Assembly: GCA_051878875.1 (NCBI GenBank)
Contig: JBJEKY010000034.1
Span: 714-64,713 of the forward strand
Length of the DNA stretch: 64,000 bases
Source of the DNA: Lachnospiraceae bacterium
GTDB taxonomy: Bacteria > Bacillota > Clostridia > Lachnospirales > Lachnospiraceae
Direction: 5' to 3'
This document shows positions 42,129 through 51,161 of the stretch, piece by piece. A program made the position numbers and the translations under genes. Position 1 is the stretch's first letter. The number at the start of each line of letters is the position of its first letter. The notes beneath the pieces are model-generated. The model was not told the origin of the DNA. It was given only the letters and a program-made list of their open reading frames with translations, and made no database searches.

Positions 42129-43009
42129 AGTACCGTCATCTCCGTTTCTTTTTGAGGTTTATCAAACAATGCCCGTCTTTTGGTAGACAGCCTCATTTTT
42201 TCCTTTAATCCTTCCCTGTCCTCTGTTTGGATCAGGTCCCTTAATTCATCCATTTCCCTGATAAATATATCCATGGAATGAAGCAGTTCTTCTTTATTCT
42301 TCAAAAACAATTCACTCCACATATCCTCGTTGATCCTGGCAATCCTTGTAAGATCCCGGAAGGAATCTCCGGTACAGGACACCAGATGCTCATTATTATT
42401 GCAGGTCATAAGTGCAATGGCAATGCAGTGGGTCAGCTGGGAAACATAGGCGATCATTTTGTCATGCTCTTTTGGTGACAACACCGTAATGGAATGAAAG
42501 CCCAGCGCTTTTCCCAGATCCTCGCACCATGTGACAGCCTCTTTAGAATTTTTTTCCGTCGGAACCACCAGATAATTGGCATCCCGGAAAATCTTTTCAT
42601 CACTGTTTTGCACACCATAGACTTCTCTTCCAGCCATGGGGTGTGCTGCAATGAATTCTACATCCGGTCGCAGGATCTTTTGTACCTCATCCACCACACA
42701 ACCCTTAATACCGGTAACATCCGTAATGCGGATCCCCGGTAAGAACCACTGCTGATGTTCGCAGATCCACTGCTTCACCAATCCGGGATACAGCGCAATG
42801 ACAATACCGCCGGCTTGTTGGATCAGTTCCTTTCCGTCTCCGGTAGTTCCTTCTTCGATAATCCCCTGCCGGATCGCATACTCAATAGACTCTTCCTTAC
42901 AGTCCATGGCCGTAACTACCACGCCTTGTTTCTTCAATGCCCTTGCGTAACTTCCGCCGATCAGTCCCAATCCTACGATCAGAACCCGGTTACCACGAAA
43001 CAGTTCCAT
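42125..43009 (-). CDS. tyrA: Prephenate dehydrogenase
   Basis: GLGLIGGS, HPMAGRE, EHDKMIAYVSQLTH, SFRDLTRIA. Confidence 0.93.
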   Translation of the reverse strand: MELFRGNRVLIVGLGLIGGSYARALKKQGVVVTAMDCKEESIEYAIRQGIIEEGTTGDGKELIQQAGGIVIALYPGLVKQWICEHQQWFLPGIRITDVTGIKGCVVDEVQKILRPDVEFIAAHPMAGREVYGVQNSDEKIFRDANYLVVPTEKNSKEAVTWCEDLGKALGFHSITVLSPKEHDKMIAYVSQLTHCIAIALMTCNNNEHLVSCTGDSFRDLTRIARINEDMWSELFLKNKEELLHSMDIFIREMDELRDLIQTEDREGLKEKMRLSTKRRALFDKPQKETEMTVL

Positions 43010-44213
43010 CCTCCTGCACCTCGATTCCCAGTTTTTGTATATCCTTGAAAAAATCCGGATAGCTTTTATCTACCGCTTCCGCTCCTTCTATCCTTCCACC
43101 CACAGCCGTCAAAAGCACTGTCAATGCCATTACAATGCGGTGGTCATTGTGCCCCTTTAAGGGTACCTTGGGTGGAAAAAGCCCGGACTCCTTAATTACG
43201 ATCTCATTTTCCCGATAAACCGATTCCACGCCCACTTTTTTAAGTTCCTCGCACATGACACGACCACGGTCACTTTCCTTGATAGCCAGCCGTCCGGTTC
43301 CCGTAAATCGTCCCCCATGGCAAAGCGCCGCAACTACAAAGAGAATCGGTCCCAGATCCGGGCAGTCGGAAAGATCTATGGTCTGCCCCGCCTGCCGTAG
43401 CTTTGGAAAAAGTGTTTGATACACCGCATCTCCCTGCAGGCTGTCACGACTAAGTCCTTTTACCTTCACTTCTCCGCCAACCAGATTAAATGCCTCCAAA
43501 AAGGCTGCATTGGAATAATCCCCTTCTACCTGCATGTTACGGCTTTGATAATGCTGATTTCCGGGAATGATCAATCTCTCCGGTTGCTCCCAAAGGACTT
43601 TTACACCGAATTCTTCCATCGCTGCCACTGTCATCCTGATATAGGACAAGCTCTCGATCGGCGGCTCTATCTCAATCTTACTGTCTTCCTTTAGAAGAGG
43701 AAGGGCAAACAACAAACCTGTAATAAACTGGCTGCTGATGTTTCCCGGCACCCGATAGGTTCCGGGATTCAATGTTCCCTGAATTCGGATCTGTCCCTGA
43801 TCCCGTTCAAAGGATATCTCCTGTTTTCTGCAAAGATCTTCATAAACCCCCAGAGGTCGTTCCAGCAATCGCCCACTTCCGTAAAATGTCGCCGGTTGCG
43901 GTGATAACATGGCTAGGGGAAGAAAGAACCGTAAGGTACTTCCGCTTTCCCTGCAAGGAAATTCTGCGTCTTTCCGTTGGGCTAACGCAGTTACTCCGGT
44001 TATGGTAACCGTATCACCATCGGTACAAACCCTTGCTCCCAGTGCCTGAATACAGTCAAGCGTAGCAAGAATATCCTGGGAAAAAGCGACTCCGGTAAGA
44101 ACACTCCGCCCATCTGCCAGGGCCGCACAAATAAGACACCGATGTGCCATGCTTTTGGAGGGCGGGGCTTTCACTTCTCCGCTGGCCCATGATTTGCCTA
44201 CTATGATATTCAT
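42990..44213 (-). CDS. aroA: EPSP synthase
   Basis: PPSKSMAHR, ESGSTLRF, ISSQF, KESDR, HNDHRI, KSYPDF. Start at ATG 44213 overlapping the aroQ stop (ATGA). Confidence 0.95.
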   Translation of the reverse strand: MNIIVGKSWASGEVKAPPSKSMAHRCLICAALADGRSVLTGVAFSQDILATLDCIQALGARVCTDGDTVTITGVTALAQRKDAEFPCRESGSTLRFFLPLAMLSPQPATFYGSGRLLERPLGVYEDLCRKQEISFERDQGQIRIQGTLNPGTYRVPGNISSQFITGLLFALPLLKEDSKIEIEPPIESLSYIRMTVAAMEEFGVKVLWEQPERLIIPGNQHYQSRNMQVEGDYSNAAFLEAFNLVGGEVKVKGLSRDSLQGDAVYQTLFPKLRQAGQTIDLSDCPDLGPILFVVAALCHGGRFTGTGRLAIKESDRGRVMCEELKKVGVESVYRENEIVIKESGLFPPKVPLKGHNDHRIVMALTVLLTAVGGRIEGAEAVDKSYPDFFKDIQKLGIEVQEDGTVSW

Positions 44214-44647
44214 ACGCAATTTCCCTCATCGATCAAATAATCCATAGCCTCCAGATACCCCTGCAATCCATGTCCCATAACAGTTTTCACACAAGCCTGG
44301 CGGATATAGCTAATCTGCCGGAACGCTTCCCGTTTGGAGACATCCGAGATATGGACCTCTACCACGGGAAGACCTACTGCCTTAGCCGCATCCAAAATTG
44401 CAATACTGGTATGGGTATAAGCTCCCGGATTGATCACGATCCCATCGGCTGTTCCATACGCCTGCTGGATCATATCCACCAGATCACCTTCATGATTGCT
44501 CTGACAGATCTCCACCCGGACTCCCTTCTCTTTTGCATGGTCTTCTATGAGCTTCACCAGTGATTCGTAGCTTTCCTCTCCGTAGATTCCCGGTTCCCGG
44601 ATCCCCAGCATATTTAAATTCGGTCCGTTGATCACTTTGATCGTCAT
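44210..44647 (-). CDS. aroQ: Type II 3-dehydroquinate dehydratase
   Basis: NGPNLNMLGIREPGIYG, QSNHEG, INPGAYTHTS, EVHIS. Confidence 0.96.
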   Translation of the reverse strand: MTIKVINGPNLNMLGIREPGIYGEESYESLVKLIEDHAKEKGVRVEICQSNHEGDLVDMIQQAYGTADGIVINPGAYTHTSIAILDAAKAVGLPVVEVHISDVSKREAFRQISYIRQACVKTVMGHGLQGYLEAMDYLIDEGNCV

Positions 44648-45879
44648 TCCCTGTCCCTCCTTATCTGCTCCAAAACCCGTTCTATACTTAGATCAGCGTC
44701 GATCCGGACATCTCCGGCTGTTTGATACAATCCCATACGTTCCTGATATAATGACCGTATCTTGTCTTCCGTATCCGCAAGCGGCCGGTCTGAGGTGGGG
44801 ATGAGCTTATCCACAGATCGGTCCAGAAAATACAGTCGTCCGTCTGCTTTCAGGGTTTCTACATTTTCAGCGGATAACACCACTCCTCCGCCGGTAGATA
44901 TAATGCAATGCTTCTTTCCTGCAAACTCCTTTACCACTTCCCGCTCGATCCTGCGAAAATAGGCCTCTCCTTTGTTTTCGAATACCTGTGTGATCTCGCA
45001 GCCTTCCCGCATGACCACTTCTTTGTCCGTATCAATATAGGGCATATTCCATTCTTCCGAAAGCGCTTGTGCCACGGTACTCTTTCCGCTTCCCGGCATT
45101 CCGATCAGCACCACATTTTCTTTTTCGTTCCGGATGGTACGATAGATCTTTTCCGTGGTTTCTTTACTTATCTTAGTCCCGGTAAACAGTTCCGCTGCCT
45201 TCACAGCCTGAACCACCAGCATATATAAGCCTCCCCGGGCAGGTACGCCAAGCTTGTCTGCCTGCAAAACCAGTCGGGATCGTAACGGATTGTAGATCAC
45301 ATCTGCCACACCTTTTAAATTAGGAAAAAAGCGAAGATCCACCGGTGACTCCTCTACCTTAGGATACATTCCGCAAGGTGTGGTATTGATGAGAAAGTCC
45401 GCATCCTTCTGCTGCTTTGCAGCCTGTTCATAAGTAATGGCTCCCTCTTTCCCGGAACGGCTGACATGAAGGATCGTTCCCGCTTTCCGGTCCGAAACCA
45501 CTGCATGTGCTGTTTTCGCGGTTCCTCCAGTGCCTAAGATCAAAACCTTTTTTCCTGTGAAATCAAACCCAAATTGATCCAGTAACAGATCCAATCCGAT
45601 GTAGTCCGTATTGTATCCGTATAGCTTACCTTCCCGGTTTACAATGGTGTTCACAGCACCGATCTTCTTTGCCTTATCATCTACTTCATAAAGGTAAGGG
45701 ATTACCTGTTGTTTATATGGGATAGTCACATTGATCCCCTGAAACTGCTTTTCCTGAAGAACTGTCTCCAGTTGATCCTTTGGCAATTCTTTTAACTCAT
45801 ACTCGTATAGTCCCAGCATTTCATGGATTTCTTTAGAATAACTATGTCCCAGTTTCTCACCGATCAATCCACAATTCAA
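44644..45879 (-). CDS. Shikimate dehydrogenase-shikimate kinase fusion (AroE-AroK)
   Basis: HSYS, NVTIPYK, GAVNT, NTDY, GTGG, DVIYNP, followed by P-loop GMPGSGKST, GEAYFR, TGGG, RPL. Confidence 0.93.
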   Translation of the reverse strand: MNCGLIGEKLGHSYSKEIHEMLGLYEYELKELPKDQLETVLQEKQFQGINVTIPYKQQVIPYLYEVDDKAKKIGAVNTIVNREGKLYGYNTDYIGLDLLLDQFGFDFTGKKVLILGTGGTAKTAHAVVSDRKAGTILHVSRSGKEGAITYEQAAKQQKDADFLINTTPCGMYPKVEESPVDLRFFPNLKGVADVIYNPLRSRLVLQADKLGVPARGGLYMLVVQAVKAAELFTGTKISKETTEKIYRTIRNEKENVVLIGMPGSGKSTVAQALSEEWNMPYIDTDKEVVMREGCEITQVFENKGEAYFRRIEREVVKEFAGKKHCIISTGGGVVLSAENVETLKADGRLYFLDRSVDKLIPTSDRPLADTEDKIRSLYQERMGLYQTAGDVRIDADLSIERVLEQIRRDRE

Positions 45880-46976
45880 TGCGCCTCACCTCCGAAATAA
45901 TCTGTTCCGTATCGTGCAGCCAGAAGATCATATACCACCAATGCGGTCATACTGTCCACCACCACTCTGGCCCGGTGGATAATAGCCGGATCATGCCGTC
46001 CCTGAATGGAAAGGGTCGTTTCCTGTCCTTTCCTAAGGTCCACACTATCCTGCTGTTTGTAGATTGACGGTGTTGGTTTTACTGCACAGCGAAAAGTAAT
46101 GGGCATGCCATTGGTAATACCTCCGTTGATTCCGCCGTTATTATTTGTCTCAGTCACTACCTGCTGTCCGCACAACCGGAAGGCGTCATTGAATCGGCTT
46201 CCCCGACCATCCACTTTGTCAAATCCTGCGCCAAACTGCACGCCCTTCACGGCAGGAATGCTAAACAGGGCGTGTGCCAGAATTCCTTCTATCGTATCAA
46301 ACCAGGGTTCTCCCACGCCTTGTGGCATTCCCAGAACCACGGTTTCCAAAACACCACCGACACTGTCGCCATCCTGTGCCGCCATTTCTATCGCCTGCTT
46401 CATTTTTTCCGCCTGTACTTCATCCAATACCGGAAATTGTTTTTGGGAAAGAACACGGATATCTTCCTTAAGATTCTGAAACTCCCGGTCCTTTTCTCCC
46501 CCACAGCTTAGGATGTGCGTTCCGATGAGGATCCCTTTCTTACTGAGTTCAGGTATTACTATGGCTCCCGCCGCTACCAAAGCTGCAGTGATCCGTCCGC
46601 TGAAATGTCCTCCCCCGCGTCCATCCTGAAATCCATGGTATTTGCAAAACGCCGTGTAGTCTGCATGTCCGGGCCGTGGAATCCGGGATAGTTCCTCATA
46701 ATCACGGCTATGCTGATCCGAATTGGGAATTAAAATGCATAACGGTGTTCCGGTGGTTCGCCCCTGATACTCTCCACTTACAATGGAATAGGGATCTTTT
46801 TCTACTCTTGCGGTGGAAAGTTTTCCTTCCGGTCTGCGAAGCATTAGCTGATGATCTATGAAATCCCGGTCAATCTCTATTCCGGGCGCCAGACCGTCTA
46901 AAACCGCTCCGATGTATGGGCCATGGCTTTCTCCAAATAGCGTGATCTGTAAAGACTGTCCAAATGTATTTTTCAT
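45876..46976 (-). CDS. aroC: Chorismate synthase
   Basis: FGESHG, RPGHAD, GGGHFSGR, DSVGG, NNGGINGGITNG, KPTPSI, GRHDP. Confidence 0.96.
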   Translation of the reverse strand: MKNTFGQSLQITLFGESHGPYIGAVLDGLAPGIEIDRDFIDHQLMLRRPEGKLSTARVEKDPYSIVSGEYQGRTTGTPLCILIPNSDQHSRDYEELSRIPRPGHADYTAFCKYHGFQDGRGGGHFSGRITAALVAAGAIVIPELSKKGILIGTHILSCGGEKDREFQNLKEDIRVLSQKQFPVLDEVQAEKMKQAIEMAAQDGDSVGGVLETVVLGMPQGVGEPWFDTIEGILAHALFSIPAVKGVQFGAGFDKVDGRGSRFNDAFRLCGQQVVTETNNNGGINGGITNGMPITFRCAVKPTPSIYKQQDSVDLRKGQETTLSIQGRHDPAIIHRARVVVDSMTALVVYDLLAARYGTDYFGGEAH

Positions 46977-47992
46977 TATGTGTCTTCCTCCCCAACCAGT
47001 TTCATTTTTTCCCTTAACGTTTCTATGGTCTCTACCCGGAACTCAAAATAACCTGCCTTGGGAACATAAACCGTAGTAATTCCCTTCTCCGAGGTTTTCT
47101 TATCATGTTCCATGGCGGCAGAGGCTTTTTCCGGATCCAGCCTGAAGTTATGAGGCAGATGCAACTTCTCATACACAGACAGCAGCCTCTGCTTTACTTC
47201 TTCGGAACACATGGGCAACATGCCCAGCGCCACGCATTCTCCATGATACAGACTTCCTTCACAGGTTGCCTCAATACCATGCCCGATGGTATGCCCGAAG
47301 TTTAACACCTTCCGAAGGCCCTTTTCCTTTTCATCCTGCTGCACCACCCTTTGCTTGATCCTAATGGCATCCGGGATCAGCGTCAGACATTCCTCCGGAT
47401 TTTTACACTGCTCGAACCTTTGGAAAAGCGCCTCATCTAATGTTACGGCCATTTTCACTGCTTCTGCCAATCCGTTGGATCGCTGTCTGTCCGGCAGGGT
47501 TTTCACTACATCGGGATCGATCAGCACTTTTTTCGGCTGGTAAAATACTCCCACCACATTTTTTACACCCTCAAAGTTGACTGCGGTTTTTCCTCCGATG
47601 GAAGAATCCACCTGTGAAAGAACGGTAGTTGGAATATTATAAAAGTCTATCCCTCTCATATAACAGGCTGCAGCAAACCCTGCAAGGTCTCCTATCACAC
47701 CGCCACCAACGGCAACTACGCAGTCATTTCTGGAAAAATCATGAATCAGAAGTTCCCTTTGTATTTTTGCAAAACTCTCCAGGCTTTTACTTTTTTCCCC
47801 CGGATCAAGGATTACCGGCACCGCTTCCCTGCTCTGCTTCATCACGGTCTGCCAGTATGCTTTAGGTACACCCATATCGGAAACCACCAGCACTTTGCGG
47901 TTTAAATCACAGTGCTGTCCAGCCTTTTTCAAAATCCCGGATTCTATTTCAATATCATAGCTATCCTTTTCTAAATCTACGTGGATTGTCAT
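46976..47992 (-). CDS. aroB: 3-dehydroquinate synthase
   Basis: GGGVIGDLAGF, PTTVLSQVDSSIGGKT, LNFGHTIGH, HGECV. Confidence 0.96.
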   Translation of the reverse strand: MTIHVDLEKDSYDIEIESGILKKAGQHCDLNRKVLVVSDMGVPKAYWQTVMKQSREAVPVILDPGEKSKSLESFAKIQRELLIHDFSRNDCVVAVGGGVIGDLAGFAAACYMRGIDFYNIPTTVLSQVDSSIGGKTAVNFEGVKNVVGVFYQPKKVLIDPDVVKTLPDRQRSNGLAEAVKMAVTLDEALFQRFEQCKNPEECLTLIPDAIRIKQRVVQQDEKEKGLRKVLNFGHTIGHGIEATCEGSLYHGECVALGMLPMCSEEVKQRLLSVYEKLHLPHNFRLDPEKASAAMEHDKKTSEKGITTVYVPKAGYFEFRVETIETLREKMKLVGEEDT

Positions 47993-48002
47993 ATCTAACC
48001 TC

Positions 48003-48860
48003 CTAAATTGTCAGCCCAGGTGTGTAGGCACCGATCACCTTAACGGTTACGCACTGTCTTCCCAGCTCCACCAACATCTGCATTCCGTTTAAGGAAGAAA
48101 TATCGCCATCTACTTCCGTATAAAAGTAATACTGCCAATTTTCATTTTTTAACGGTCTGCTACGGATCACCCGCATACTGTATCCGTATTTTCCAAGTAC
48201 AGAAATCGCTTTTGCCAACGTTCCCGCTTCATGCTTCACTGTGAACATCAGAATAAAAGTCTGATACCTTTCCGGATGATCCAATGCTTCCCTGCTTTTC
48301 GAAAATACAGCAAAGCGGGTGGTATTTCTTGAACTCTGGTGGATTTGTTTCTCCAAAACTTTAAGCCCATAAAGTTCTGCGGTTTCCTGACTGGCAATGG
48401 CTGCCACACTGACATCCGCCCTTTCGGCCACACACTTCGCTGCTCTGGCTGTGTTTTCTGACTGAATAGTCTCAAATCCATGTTCATAGATATATTCGTC
48501 ACATTGCTCCAACGCCTGAGGATGACTGATCACCTTTCTGATCGTTTCGAGACAGCTGCCTTTGGGCCCCAGCAGGCAATGGGATACACCAAGTTCATAT
48601 ACCCCATTGATGGAAAGGTTGCCTTCAAACATAAGATCCATGACCTGCCCCACCTCACCGGCATAACTGTTTTCAATGGGAAGTACTGCCATCTCACATT
48701 TTCCTTCCTCCACCTTCCGGTATGCTTCTGTAAAATTTTTGCAGGATACCCTTCCGGCATTGGGAAACAACTTTCCTGCGGCAATGCTTGCAAAGGATCC
48801 TTCAATCCCGCTGTATGCCACTGTGATCTCTTCTTTTCCGGTATCCACCTTTTCTGCCAT
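48003..48860 (-). CDS. pheA: Prephenate dehydratase with ACT domain (no chorismate mutase domain)
   Basis: LPIENSYAG, SHPQALEQC, NTTRF, C-terminal ACT with SRP motif. Confidence 0.92.
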   Translation of the reverse strand: MAEKVDTGKEEITVAYSGIEGSFASIAAGKLFPNAGRVSCKNFTEAYRKVEEGKCEMAVLPIENSYAGEVGQVMDLMFEGNLSINGVYELGVSHCLLGPKGSCLETIRKVISHPQALEQCDEYIYEHGFETIQSENTARAAKCVAERADVSVAAIASQETAELYGLKVLEKQIHQSSRNTTRFAVFSKSREALDHPERYQTFILMFTVKHEAGTLAKAISVLGKYGYSMRVIRSRPLKNENWQYYFYTEVDGDISSLNGMQMLVELGRQCVTVKVIGAYTPGLTI

Positions 48861-48893
48861 ATTTGTTTCTCCTTGTTGATCCTGGATAATTAT

Positions 48894-48927
48894 AAATAAA
48901 AAACTCTACCCAATAAAGGATAGAGTT
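48894..48927 (-). terminator. Attenuator terminator in the aro operon leader
   Basis: Minus strand AACTCTATCC-TTTATT-GGGTAGAGTT then TTTTATTT, located between the leader ORF and the pheA RBS. Confidence 0.85.
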
Positions 48928-48956
48928 GCATGTTATCATTCTAAATTTACTGCATT

Positions 48957-49088
48957 CTATTCTTTACCCGGGGTACTTTCATCACAATCCGTAAAATAAT
49001 AATACATCCCAAAAAGACCTGCATAATCGCAAGCCTGAGTAAAGAAATAATATGAACTTTCCATATGTTGTTTCGTTTGTTTCAACAT
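48957..49088 (-). CDS. Tyr/Phe-rich leader peptide (43 aa) of the aro operon
   Basis: RBS GAAAGGA then ATG; MLKQTKQHMESSYYFFTQACDYAGLFGMYYYFTDCDESTPGKE*, containing 6 Tyr and 4 Phe with clusters YYFF and YYYF. Confidence 0.85.
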   Translation of the reverse strand: MLKQTKQHMESSYYFFTQACDYAGLFGMYYYFTDCDESTPGKE

Positions 49089-49142
49089 TTTGGTTCGTTC
49101 CTTTCGCCTGTTTTTTCTGACATCTAATTGAAAAACAATGTA

Positions 49143-49171
49143 ATTGTAACGTATTGCTTAAAGGAAGTCAA
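49143..49171 (-). promoter_or_regulatory. sigma-A promoter of the aro leader/operon
   Basis: TTGACT-N17-TACAAT. Confidence 0.8.
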
Positions 49172-49224
49172 CCTTTCTTTGGAAAAAAATTTGTTTCTTT
49201 AAAGCAGTGAAGTGTTATGTTTTT

Positions 49225-49884
49225 TTAATCCTCATGCATATACGGCAGAACACGTTTCGATAATTCCGAAACAGGTGCTGTCTGCAACCATATTCTTCCG
49301 GGTCCTTCCACGGTACTGATTAACGTTCCTTCTCCTCCAAACAACATGGATTTAAAATTACGAACAAACTGTACTTCATGGTGCACCGTAGAATCCCAGG
49401 CAGCCAGATTTCCACTTTCCACAAACATTCTCTCTCCTGCTTCAAGTTCAATCTTTCTAACCGATCCGGTCATCTCCATAAAAACTTTTCCGCAACCTTC
49501 ATACTGTTGTAACCGGTATCCCTCTCCTCCGGGAATATTCTTCGTACTACTGGTCATATAGTCCTTAATCACTACGCCTTCTTCGCAGCATAAGAATTGT
49601 GCTTTCTGACCTACAACATAATGACCCTCAGAGATATCAAATGCTATAATATGCCCTGCCCGTGTTGCTGAGAACGTAATCTCCTGGTGATCTTTAAAGG
49701 CCTTATATTCTGCCAAAAAGTTTACATTGCTGATAAACTTGCGAAATCCACTTTGCTTTGAGGTACATAACTCAATTCCGTCTGTCATCCAGCTCATACC
49801 ACCTTGTTCTGTAAATACACTCTCTCCACTATTTAATTTTAATGTAACGGCCGGACAGATTTCACCCCAGATCTCATATTTCAT
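49225..49884 (-). CDS. AIM24/TIGR00266 family protein
   Basis: ESVFTEQGGMSWM, GGEGY, GNLAAW, LFGGEG, GPGRIWLQT. Start at ATG 49884 (RBS GGAGGA). Confidence 0.88.
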   Translation of the reverse strand: MKYEIWGEICPAVTLKLNSGESVFTEQGGMSWMTDGIELCTSKQSGFRKFISNVNFLAEYKAFKDHQEITFSATRAGHIIAFDISEGHYVVGQKAQFLCCEEGVVIKDYMTSSTKNIPGGEGYRLQQYEGCGKVFMEMTGSVRKIELEAGERMFVESGNLAAWDSTVHHEVQFVRNFKSMLFGGEGTLISTVEGPGRIWLQTAPVSELSKRVLPYMHED

Positions 49885-49920
49885 TGCTCTTCCTCCTACA
49901 CTTTCCAACTATTATAACAC

Positions 49921-50952
49921 TTAGCCCAAAATATCTCCATCAATCGATGTTCTAACATCCTTTTTAAATCCAAGTTTTGCAAATATGGTAGACCCGATCA
50001 AACCACAGATTGTTCCTGCAGCGGCTGCGATTCCCATTGCCAGTAACACTTTTACGGGGTTATTAAATGCAAATGGAGCCAAAAGCCCCGGAATTGGTGA
50101 TGCCGTACCCGGTGCATTATTTATGATTCCAAGCATTGCTGCCGCAATCCCCGATAATCCACCTCCAAAAAAGTTACTTGCATATATTGGAAGCGGGTTC
50201 TTTGTAATAATGTCTGCCTGTGTTAAAGGCTCTAACATAACAGCAATTACCCGGCTGTTGTTTCCAAGATTCAATCGTTTGAAAATTAATGCGTTTGTAA
50301 ATGAACCACCCACACATGCAACAGCTGCAATTCCCATTGGAAGTCCCGTTAATCCTAACATTGCCGTCAACGCCATAGAACTTAACGGGGATGTACAAAT
50401 CATCTTCATCAATCCACCTAATACAAATCCCATAAGTAATGGTGACTGCGTGGTTGCGATCGTAATAGAATCACCAATAACAGAAATGATAGAGTTTACT
50501 GCCGGGTCTACAAATACCGCAATTCCTCTTCCTAATCCTGCTGCTAGCAGGGAGCAAACGATAACGTCCAACCCTGCAGGCATCAGTTTATGTACTCGTT
50601 TCAAAAGGAAATAAAGAACATACGCCGCAATAAAACCGGGTAAAATACCAAAACCGGCAACCGCTGCTGCAGAGGCAATAGCATAGACAGGATTGGTACC
50701 CATTGCAAGTCCTACCAATGCCGCACTCGCAACACCGCCCATAGAACCTGCCGCAGCACCAACCTCCCCTAAAAAGGCAATTCCAATAAAATCTCCGCAA
50801 ATATACTTAAAAATAGCCTCTACCAAGAACGTCGCTACTGCTGCGTCCGCCAAGCCGCCCATCGCTTTACTTCCCTTAGGAAACTTCAAGCTAAAGACAG
50901 AAAAGCCAGCCAATGTAAGCAACAATGCCCCGATGCCTTTTAAAAACATCAT
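49921..50952 (-). CDS. PTS IIC-like membrane protein (orphan permease)
   Basis: Highly hydrophobic; GILPGFIAAY, SPLSSMALTAMLGLTG, EPLTQ, GTASPIPG. Confidence 0.8.
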   Translation of the reverse strand: MMFLKGIGALLLTLAGFSVFSLKFPKGSKAMGGLADAAVATFLVEAIFKYICGDFIGIAFLGEVGAAAGSMGGVASAALVGLAMGTNPVYAIASAAAVAGFGILPGFIAAYVLYFLLKRVHKLMPAGLDVIVCSLLAAGLGRGIAVFVDPAVNSIISVIGDSITIATTQSPLLMGFVLGGLMKMICTSPLSSMALTAMLGLTGLPMGIAAVACVGGSFTNALIFKRLNLGNNSRVIAVMLEPLTQADIITKNPLPIYASNFFGGGLSGIAAAMLGIINNAPGTASPIPGLLAPFAFNNPVKVLLAMGIAAAAGTICGLIGSTIFAKLGFKKDVRTSIDGDILG

Positions 50953-51106
50953 TTCAATCTTTACCTCCCATAAAAATCTGCATACACTCCGAATGCTCCT
51001 GTTTCACAAAAAATTCAAAAAGATTATTGCATACTTTATTATTATTTTCAATAGATTTATATCAAAATTCAATAAATGGACACAATTTTGTTATTTTCTT
51101 CACATT

Positions 51107-51142
51107 AAAAATAAGGAGAACTGTTTATAGTTCTCCTTATTT
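51107..51142 (-). terminator. Terminator after the M64 peptidase gene
   Basis: AAATAAGGAGAACT-N6-AGTTCTCCTTATTT. Confidence 0.8.
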
Positions 51143-51161
51143 CAAAAGCATTCCAGCTCTA

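Noticed and set aside
48861-49140. T-box riboswitch upstream of the aro operon
   Set aside because: No T-box consensus (AGGGTGGNACCGCG-like) was seen before the terminator; the leader peptide and alternative pairing explain the region.
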